Positions 55,573-64,000 of a DNA stretch of 64,000 nucleotides are shown piece after piece; position 1 is the first letter of the stretch, and each line of letters starts with the position of its first letter. The translations under genes and the position numbers were made by a program. The notes under the pieces are model-generated. The model saw nothing but the letters and a program-made list of their open reading frames with translations, did not search any database and was not told where the DNA came from. The DNA is from Eledone cirrhosa (lineage: Eukaryota). The stretch is from the NCBI GenBank assembly GCA_964016885.1, contig OZ024758.1:17670001-17734000 (forward strand), read 5' to 3'.

Positions 55573-55604
55573 TCACACACACATGCATATAATTATTTAT
55601 ATAT

Positions 55605-55809
55605 ATAGGAACAAGTATGACTCCGACGGCAGAGCTCAAGCCCTTTTGATGGCTAATTCTGGACTCATTCTGTCCAGAATTAGCCGTTGAAACGGCTTGA
55701 GCTCTGCCGTCGGGGTCATACTTGTTCCTATTACCCACTCTACTACCCTAAGTATTGAGTACTTTGGTGCATTATGGTCCATTTGGTTCCTTACAACATT
55801 TCCTTTGTT
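55605..55809 (+). mobile_element. Hairpin-plus-tail element, family d, copy 3
   Basis: Inverted arms 55605-55731 (centre ggac-tcattct-gtcc), same tail, TA-rich flanks. Confidence 0.8.
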
Positions 55810-56163
55810 ATTTATATATATATATATCTATAATGATTTCGGCTGAAAAGTTCATAGGTGGAGTATGATGGAGTGACACTAGAGCTGTGAAATCTAGAGC
55901 TGTGAAGTTGGTCTAACCAGCCAAACTGGGTGAAAGTACATTCACGACAGAGGTTAATAAAGATAGGAATTCAATTACAGTGGATGTATTATATAGTAAT
56001 AATAAATGTGAAGAAAAAAATCTGAAGAGTACTCAATAAAGATTATATATATATTATTTTTCTTACTCTTCTTTTCTTATGTATATTTCCCATTATTTTC
56101 CCAGCCTCACCTCCAATTTTTAACAGCTTTTAAATCTCATTTCATATCTTTTATCTATAACAT

Positions 56164-56231
56164 CTCTGCCTGACGACCGATCCAGACATATATTATTATC
56201 GCCTGTGATCCAGAAACCTTTGGTAATGGAG
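56164..56231 (+). ncRNA. Degenerate hammerhead-like motif
   Basis: CTGACGA 56170-56176; gatc..cag/ctg..gatc stem; GAAA 56213-56216; stem III ACC-ttt-GGT; GUA site. Closing pairs of stems I and II are mismatched. Confidence 0.45.
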
Positions 56232-57018
56232 TAGTTATATTTTCTGTTGTTCAATTTCTAACTAAATATATATAAACCCGTAGAGCAAAGATTTATTATA
56301 AGAACAGATTAAAGTTCAAGCAACAAATCGCTGCTTTCACCCTTAACGGGATCTTCTAAAACTAAAAAAAATCAATCTGTGGATGCAGAAGTAAATATTT
56401 CGAAAAATTTTAAACGGAAATTTACCAAATTCCAAGAATATTTTGCTAGCCTTTGTCATTTCTATACATCATCGGATTTCTCTCCGCCATTATTCTCTTT
56501 AATAAGCTGTTCTGGTTCTTGCTATTTCATAATATTTGGAATTTTACTAATCTTCTATCCATTATGTTGTTCTTTCACTACAGCAAATCTATTTCTGTAA
56601 TTATCTGCGAATGGATTAATCGTAGACATCTTTAATAATAATTCCAAGTAGTGTGTATACATATGACTGGATTATTCTGATAAGATAACTCATTTCCTTG
56701 TAAATGTTTCATTTGAGTAAATACATGTGTATATATATGTTTCTGTGTATTTATATATCATCATATACATATAAAATGAATGTAAGAATGCTTACACACA
56801 CACACAAACACACATGTATGTATGTGAATTAACATTTATTAGCATGTCAGATAGAATGCTTTGTGGTATTTGTTCTGACTCTCTTCATTCTGAGTTCAAA
56901 TTCCACTGATGTCAACTTTAACTTTCATACATCTTGAGGTTAATAAAAAAGTACCAGTCAAGTACTGGGGTTGATTCTTCCTCTATATCTCTTTCTTTCT
57001 CCTTCTGCAGCACACACA

Positions 57019-57067
<49 letters not shown>

Positions 57068-57288
57068 CTCTCCGTCTTAGGAATAAATTTGCTGTATTCA
57101 AACCTGGAGAGGTATGGCTCAATCAGGTTTGAAATATCAAAGAGAGGCTGTATGTTTCTATAGTACTGATACAAACCCGCTATGAGTTATGCTTCCATAC
57201 ACACACACACACAAAGACACACACGTATATATATATATACACAAAGACACATAAATATATACACAGACACATATATATATATACACAG

Positions 57289-57359
<71 letters not shown>

Positions 57360-57688
57360 CACATATATACATATACACAGACACACACACATATATATAT
57401 ATATCATCATCATCATCATCATCGTTTAACGTCCATCTTCCACGCTTGCATGGGTTTGGACGGGAGTTTTCCCACTTGAGGCAAGATTGGTTGTCCTGCT
57501 CGTATAGGACTGTCTGGCAGGTTTTCTACGGCTGGATGCCCTTCCTAACACCAACCACATTTACAGTGTGGACTGGGAGGTTTTTACCGTGTTGCCTACA
57601 CGGCCACATTACAGCGTGGACTGTGTTTTTTTGTCGTGACACCTACACGACCTCATTTGTTTCGGACTGGATGTTGTGGTACCAACAT

Positions 57689-57740
<52 letters not shown>

Positions 57741-57747
57741 AACACAG

Positions 57748-57786
<39 letters not shown>

Positions 57787-57935
57787 AACACAGACACATA
57801 TATATATATACACACACATACATATATATATATACAAAGACACATATACACTGACATATATGTATACACACAAAGACATATACACACACCCACACACACA
57901 TATATATATATACACAAAGACACACACACACACAT

Positions 57936-60900
57936 ATCATCATCATCATTCATCATCATCATTTTACGTCCGCTTTTCCCTGCTTGCAAGGGTGGGACGG
58001 GTCTTATTCAGCACAGCATCTCTCCACTCGTCACGGTCCCTCGTCATCTCCACCGTGAGCTTCAATGATCTGAGGTCTGTTCTCACCACCTCCGCCCATG
58101 TTTTTCGTGGTCTACCTCTACTACGTCTTCCTTCAACTGGCATTTCCTGGCACTTCTTCACCCATCGGTCATCCTCCATGCGCATCACATGTCCATACCA
58201 CCTCAGTCTCCTCTCCCGTACACTACATTCTATCCCTCTCAGACACAGTTTCTCTCTCAACACATTTATGCTGGGTCGTTCACGCACATTTACACTGCAC
58301 ATCCAACGGAGCATGCTTGCCTCATTTCTCTCCAGCCGTCGCATATCTTCTGCGGTAGCTGCCCATGTCTCACTACCATGCAGCATCGCGCTCCTCACAC
58401 AGGCATCATACAACCGGCCTTTCGTACGCAGGGAGAAACCCTTCTTCGTCAACAGAGGAAGCAGCTCCCTAAACTTCTTCCAACCCGTCCTTATTCTAGA
58501 TACTATGGCCTCGGAACACCCTCCTCCCATGCTAATCTGATCTCCTAGGTACCGGAAGCTATCCACCACTTCTATAGCGCCCTCTCGCATTTGAAAAATG
58601 TGTCTATCAGTGCGACTTCTACTGTCTAATTTCCCTGTACATCTACTGCATACATATTTCTCCCTACCTGTTAGTTTGCCTGCTATCCCGCTACATCTCT
58701 TGTGTACCCAGGACCTACATTGTGTGCATTTTATAGAATTTATGCCAGTTCCTTTTCTGCATATCGAACATGGCCATTTCCCTGACGGAATCAGGGTTTT
58801 GTCCTCTTTTCTACTCATCAACACTTTTGTCTTAGCTAGATTTACTCTCAGTCCTCTTGCTTCCAACTGCTGTTTCCATAGCCGGAATTTATTCTCTAGC
58901 TCCTCTACTGATTCTGCCATAAGAGCCAGATCGACAGCATAGAGAAGTTCCCATGGACAGCCAGTCTTAAACTCCTCTGTTATGGCTTGGAGGACTATAA
59001 TGAACAAGAGCGGGCTGAGGACCGAACCCTGATGTACTCCTACTTGTATCTGGAATTCCTCACTAAACTCCATTCCTACCCTGACTTTACTGAGAGTACC
59101 TCTGTACAAAGTTTGCACTGTCCTTACAAGCCATTCCTCAACACCCAGCTTCCTTAGGGACCACCAGATGACAGATCGGGGTACCCTATCAAAGGCCTTC
59201 TCTAGGTCAACAAAGGCCAAGTATAGTGGCTTATTCTTCTCTAAGAACCTCTCTTGCATTTGTCTCACCAAGAAGAGGGCATCTGTTGTACTCTTCCCAG
59301 GCACAAAACCAAACTGCATCTCATCTAGTTTGACCCTTTCTCTAATTAGTTGTGCTAAAATCCTTTCTGCCACTTTCATAACCTGATCTATCAGTTTTAT
59401 ACCCCTATAATTGCTCCTCTCCAAAGCATCCCCTTTACCTTTGTAGCAATTTATGAGAATACTGCTGCACCAGTCTTTGGGTATGACACCACCATATATA
59501 GCCTGATTGATTATGCGTGCAACCAGTTTAGTGCCTACGTCCCCTGATGCCTTCAGCATCTCAGCAACTATTCCCGATGGTCCGGCCGCCTTACCATTTT
59601 TCATTTCCCTAATCGCCTCTTGGACCCTATATTCGTCAATCTCAATAGCTGGTCCCTCTGTCGGATCTACCAAGGGTAATTTCTCTCTCTCCCATTCGTT
59701 CTCCACATTCATCAGTCTCTCATAATGGCATTTCCAGGCCTCCTTTTTCTGGTCATTCGTGACACTAAGTACACCGGCATCATCCCGGACACATTTATCA
59801 CCAACAACATCCTGATTTGCATTGACACACTGCCTTGCAATGTGGAACACCGCACGCCTCTGATCTTCCCGTCGCAGAACATTGGCAAACCTCCTACTCT
59901 CTGCCTCCCTGCGTGCTAAGTACACCTGACGTCTAGCTTCTCTCTTAGTGGCTGTATATTCTTCCCTACTCCCACCCTTATTCCAAGCCTTCCATGCTAG
60001 TCTTTTGTCTCTAATAGCCTTATCTACACTGCTGTTCCACCACCAGGTCACTCTCTGTCTGGTTGGGGCTCTGCTCCAGCCACAAGTTTCATCAGTAGCC
60101 TTCAGCAAGTTGTCACGTAAGAACTTCCAGTTATTATCTATGTCATACGTCTCTAAATCGTCTTCTTTTTCGTCATATACATCTTGAAGGGCTTTCCTAA
60201 ATTTGAATTTTAGTGAAAGGTCTTTTAGCTTCCAGACCTTTCTTCTCCACACCTTCCTATATGGCTCATTCCATCTCTTGCTTACTGAGATATCACTAAC
60301 AACTAACCTATGCTGTGGGGTACATTCTTCCCCAGGGTATGCCTTGGTATTAGACACTATCTGCCTGTCCCGCTGCCTAACTAGCAGGAAGTCAATCTGG
60401 CTTATGTGCTCACCAGATTTGTAGGTTATTAGGTGATTGGCAGGTTTCTGGAAGTTTGTGTTGCAAATAGTCAATGTACTTGCATCACAAAATTCAAGAA
60501 GTCTCACTCCTTCTTCATTTCTTGAACCGTAACCATGCCCACCATGTACCCCAGTGTAACCATCCTGGAGCTGTCCAACATGACCATTGAAGTCTCCTGC
60601 TAGCATAACGATGTCTCCGTCCTCTGTCATTGTGGTTGTTTGCAAAAGTTGCTCATAAAAGCAGTCTTTCTCATCTTTGCCTAGGCCTGCTTGGGGAGCA
60701 TAGACCGAGATGATTGTCAGTAGTCTCCTACCTACAACTAATCTAAGCTTAATTATTCGATTACTAACTCGAACTACCTCTATTGTCTTATTGATCCATT
60801 TCTCAGCCAGGAAAATGCCTACTCCCCCTAACCCATCATCCTTACCTACCCAGAATAGCTTATAGCTAAGACGCTTGCCTACGACTAGTCTCGCAGAGGC

Positions 60901-61223
60901 ACCTCTCCATCTCACCTCTTGCACGCAGCACACATCCACCTGCCTTCTCTCCAGCATCTCCGCTATTTCAGCAGATCTACCTCTGAGAGTGCCAACATTA
61001 AGTGTTGCAACTCTGAGATGCGACGTCTTCATATTTTTTTCTATGCTGTTTTGTTGCTGTGCTGATAAGCTTTTTGGCATTGATACACTGGTTGGATGCC
61101 CTTCCTAACACCAGCGCCACTTTACAGCATGGACTGGGTGCTTTTATTTGTGCCACCAGCACTAGAGAGGATGTCTTACTAGACTCAAGGGCCCTCTCTA
61201 CCCCTCCATTTTACAGCATGGTC

Positions 61224-61227
<4 letters not shown>
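57936..61227 (-). mobile_element. Near full-length RTE LINE (5' UTR, single ORF, stop codon followed directly by (TGA)n tail)
   Basis: ORF above. 3' end reads aagcggacgTAAaatgatgatg on the minus strand. About 150 bp of 5' UTR precede a T30 run. The true 5' boundary is uncertain. Confidence 0.9.
57964..61080 (-). CDS. RTE-clade non-LTR retrotransposon ORF: APE endonuclease + reverse transcriptase with inserted PHD-type zinc finger
   Basis: Uninterrupted 1038-aa ORF. APE motifs [44 protein letters not shown] motifs [39 protein letters not shown] (canonical YADD), FRYLG. RTE-typical C-terminus [11 protein letters not shown]...RGRPRKTW. Confidence 0.96.
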   Translation of the reverse strand: MPKSLSAQQQNSIEKNMKTSHLRVATLNVGTLRGRSAEIAEMLERRQVDVCCVQEVRWRGASARLVVGKRLSYKLFWVGKDDGLGGVGIFLAEKWINKTIEVVRVSNRIIKLRLVVGRRLLTIISVYAPQAGLGKDEKDCFYEQLLQTTTMTEDGDIVMLAGDFNGHVGQLQDGYTGVHGGHGYGSRNEEGVRLLEFCDASTLTICNTNFQKPANHLITYKSGEHISQIDFLLVRQRDRQIVSNTKAYPGEECTPQHRLVVSDISVSKRWNEPYRKVWRRKVWKLKDLSLKFKFRKALQDVYDEKEDDLETYDIDNNWKFLRDNLLKATDETCGWSRAPTRQRVTWWWNSSVDKAIRDKRLAWKAWNKGGSREEYTATKREARRQVYLARREAESRRFANVLRREDQRRAVFHIARQCVNANQDVVGDKCVRDDAGVLSVTNDQKKEAWKCHYERLMNVENEWEREKLPLVDPTEGPAIEIDEYRVQEAIREMKNGKAAGPSGIVAEMLKASGDVGTKLVARIINQAIYGGVIPKDWCSSILINCYKGKGDALERSNYRGIKLIDQVMKVAERILAQLIRERVKLDEMQFGFVPGKSTTDALFLVRQMQERFLEKNKPLYLAFVDLEKAFDRVPRSVIWWSLRKLGVEEWLVRTVQTLYRGTLSKVRVGMEFSEEFQIQVGVHQGSVLSPLLFIIVLQAITEEFKTGCPWELLYAVDLALMAESVEELENKFRLWKQQLEARGLRVNLAKTKVLMSRKEDKTLIPSGKWPCSICRKGTGINSIKCTQCRSWVHKRCSGIAGKLTGREKYVCSRCTGKLDSRSRTDRHIFQMREGAIEVVDSFRYLGDQISMGGGCSEAIVSRIRTGWKKFRELLPLLTKKGFSLRTKGRLYDACVRSAMLHGSETWAATAEDMRRLERNEASMLRWMCSVNVRERPSINVLREKLCLRGIECSVRERRLRWYGHVMRMEDDRWVKKCQEMPVEGRRSRGRPRKTWAEVVRTDLRSLKLTVEMTRDRDEWRDAVLNKTRPTLASREKRT

Positions 61228-61259
<32 letters not shown>

Positions 61260-62094
61260 TATTGACACGACTCACACACTAATACTCATGCATACAAACC
61301 ACAACCACACATACCAACACTCATTCATGCATACAATCACACACACAACTCACAAACACATATATATATATACATATATTACCGACAGTTCTGATACAAA
61401 ATCAAAATCAAAGTCAAAATCGTCAAAATCACTATCATGTCAACTGTTGACCTTTCCCAGTCCAGTTCGGCTTGTATATAATAACAATAACAATAATAAT
61501 TGTTTGTTTACGCTGGTAATGGCGGTGGTGGATGGTGTCAGTGTGGTGGTGGTGGATGGTATCAGCGTGGTGGTGGTGGATGGTCAGTGATGGTGGTGAC
61601 AGTTGTTGGTGCTGTAGTTGTTACTGTTGTTGTTGTCCTTCATTTCACTGCTGCTGTTGCTGCAGACAATGGTGTTGATGCTGTTATTGCTGTCGCATAT
61701 ATACAAATACATACACACACATTCAACACAGACGATGGTGTTGTTGCTGTTGTTGTTGTTGTTGGTGTTGCTGCTGTTGTTGTTGTAGTTGTTGCTGTGT
61801 TGAAATCTGGTCGCATCCACAGAGATATACACATATACACACACATACACATATGTATATACACATACATACATCAAAAGATAGTCAGCAGTATGTCAAC
61901 AGGGGACAGGACAGCGACCTTAGAGTAATGTGGTGATGGTGGGGAGCGAGTGTAGGCGTTATTGTTATTGTGGTGACGGGGGGGGGGTCAGTGAGATGTT
62001 ACAAGTTCATAGATCACTTCTCTCTTTTCCTCTCTCTTCAAAATTTTGAATTTATGGCCTTTTGCAATGGCGGCCAAGTATATATAATATATAT

Positions 62095-62430
62095 GAAGCA
62101 AAGAAAAGAAAATTTTCACTGATATGAAAGATTTCCTGGTAGAAGTTCAGGTGTATTCAGTGATTGGTATCCAGTTTCGGGGTATCCAATTAGAAAATCC
62201 AACGAATCTTTAAGAGGGGTCCACGCAACCATTGATATATATATCTATATATGTAAAATGCAAGCAGAAATGACAACGAAAGATTTCCTGGTAGAAGTTC
62301 AGGTGTATTCAGTGTTGGTATCCAGTGTTGGGGTATCCAATTAGAAAATCCAACGAATTTTGAGAGGGGTCCACGCAAGCATATATATAGATATATATAT
62401 GTATATATGCAAAATGCAAGCAGAAATAAC
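62095..62430. repeat. ~152-bp direct tandem duplication
   Basis: gaaagatttcctggtagaagttcaggtgtattcagtg...ggggtccacgcaa at 62126 and 62278. Confidence 0.85.
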
Positions 62431-63149
62431 AACACATATACTAATGAACATACATTAAACACAGAGGGACTGTAAATGATGATAGCAATATCTAGATATA
62501 AATATATAAATGTACATATCTCTATTGGTCTCATAAATTTTAAATTTTCTCTTTCCTCTTGTGTGTGTGTAGCAACACGTGGTTGTGTGTTGCTGCTGAC
62601 TCTAGCAGAGCCCAAGAAAACACGTCTTGCCCTAACAGCTGCTGCTCCCTATATCTATACATAAAGACACACATATATATATATATAAAGACACACATCA
62701 TCATCATCATCATTTTACATCCGCTTTTCCCTGCTTGCATATATATAAACACACAGACACATATGTTCATATGTGTGTGTGAATGTACAATATAACTGAA
62801 CATATGAAATCATATGTTCAATGTATATTTGGTTTATTTATTACCATTTTAAATCATTCTTTATTTCTTCATATCGATTTGCCTCTATTTACTTAATCAG
62901 TTGAGAATGTTATCCAATCAACTTATGAATGAATAGTGTCAGTACCAAAATAGAATGGAAAGAATATTAACATAAATTATTAAATATAGTAAAGTACTTT
63001 TAGATGTTGGTGTCATGACAAAAAGCACCCAGCCCACTCTGTGAAGTGGTCCTGTAGGAATTATGACAAAAAAGCACCCAGCCCACACTGGTAGTAGTCA
63101 TGTAGAAGTTATGACAAAAAGCACCCAGCACACATTATTAATATGGTTG

Positions 63150-63338
63150 GCGGTGGATTGGCAGTATCGGTAGAGGGTCAGACGCCATGCTTTCCAGCAT
63201 AGTTACGTCCCTTTACGATCTGAGCTCAAATCCCGCCGAGGTTGACTTTGCTTTTCATCCTTACATGGTCGATAAAATAAAGTACCAGTAATGCACTGGA
63301 TAATTGCGGGCCTTGTGCCTAAAGTAGAAACAATTATT
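63150..63338 (+). mobile_element. SINE family 2 (tRNA-like head, Meta-domain-like core, aaacaattatt end) inserted into a family 1b element
   Basis: ggcggtggattggcagtatcggtagag...gttgactttgcttttcatccttacatggtcgataaaataaagtaccag. Direct repeat attattaatatggttggcg at 63134-63152 and 63333-63351 (TSD). Confidence 0.85.
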
Positions 63339-63503
63339 AATATGGTTGGCGTTAGGAAGGGCATCCAGCCAGAGAAGACAAGCCAGAAACAGTTCTGTGT
63401 GAGCAAGAGGGGTCTCCTGATCCAACTTGCCTCAAAACGTGACAACTGGTCTGGCCCATACTAACATGGAAAAATAGATGCTAAACGATGATGATGCTGA
63501 TTA

Positions 63504-63887
63504 TAATAATAATTGTTTCTACTTTAGGCACAAGGCCAGCAATTACCCAGTGCATTACTGGTACTTTATTTTATCGACCCCGTAAGGATGAAAGGCAAAG
63601 TCAACCTCGGCGGGATTTGAACTCAGATCATAAAGGGACGTAACTATGCTGGAAAGCATGGCGTCCGACCCTCCACCGATACTGCCAATCCACCACCCTA
63701 ATAATTGTTTCTACTTTAGGCACAAGGCCAGCAATTACCCAGTGCATTACTGGTACTTTATTTTATCGACCCCGTAAGGATGAAAGGCAAAGTCAACCTC
63801 GGCGGGATTTGAACTCAGATCGTAAAGGGACGTAACTATGCTGGAAAGCATGGCGTCCGACCCTCTACCGATACTGCCAATCCACCG
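63504..63887 (-). mobile_element. Head-to-tail dimer of SINE family 2
   Basis: Two ~190-bp near-identical copies (63504-63698 and 63700-63887). Confidence 0.88.
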
Positions 63888-64000
63888 ACCATTATATTAA
63901 TAATGATTATAATAATAATGATGGCACTTAACCTTTTGCCTGACTGACAAACCAAAACTAACAACAGTTAAGTAACACCATTAGTTTGTTTCCTCATAAC

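Noticed and set aside
57182-58540. 452-aa plus-strand ORF and other ORFs antisense to the LINE
   Set aside because: Microsatellite and SINE read-through into the antisense of the RT; no independent protein features.

Overview
AT-rich, microsatellite-dense eukaryotic DNA, most likely intronic or intergenic. The SINE/RTE repertoire suggests a coleoid cephalopod such as Octopus (inference). No host exon could be supported. The only real long ORF is a 1038-aa RTE-clade LINE protein (57964-61080, minus strand) with an APE endonuclease and an RT. Its RT carries a YADD->YAVD substitution and a C4HC3 PHD-type finger inserted between RT motifs 6 and 7. The rest is truncated RTE pieces, two abundant tRNA-headed SINE families, piggyBac/hAT/Tc1-mariner MITEs and fragments, and satellites grown from transposon sub-repeats. 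The most striking unexplained structure is a set of sequence-unrelated fold-back elements at (TA)n tracts. Three have 170-200 bp arms, each arm carrying a type I hammerhead ribozyme core (CUGANGA / stem II / GAAA-N6-UA) with a one-sided unpaired tail. A second three-copy hairpin family keeps only the 3' half of a hammerhead. These look like Penelope-like non-autonomous ribozyme retroelements. All folding was done by eye.
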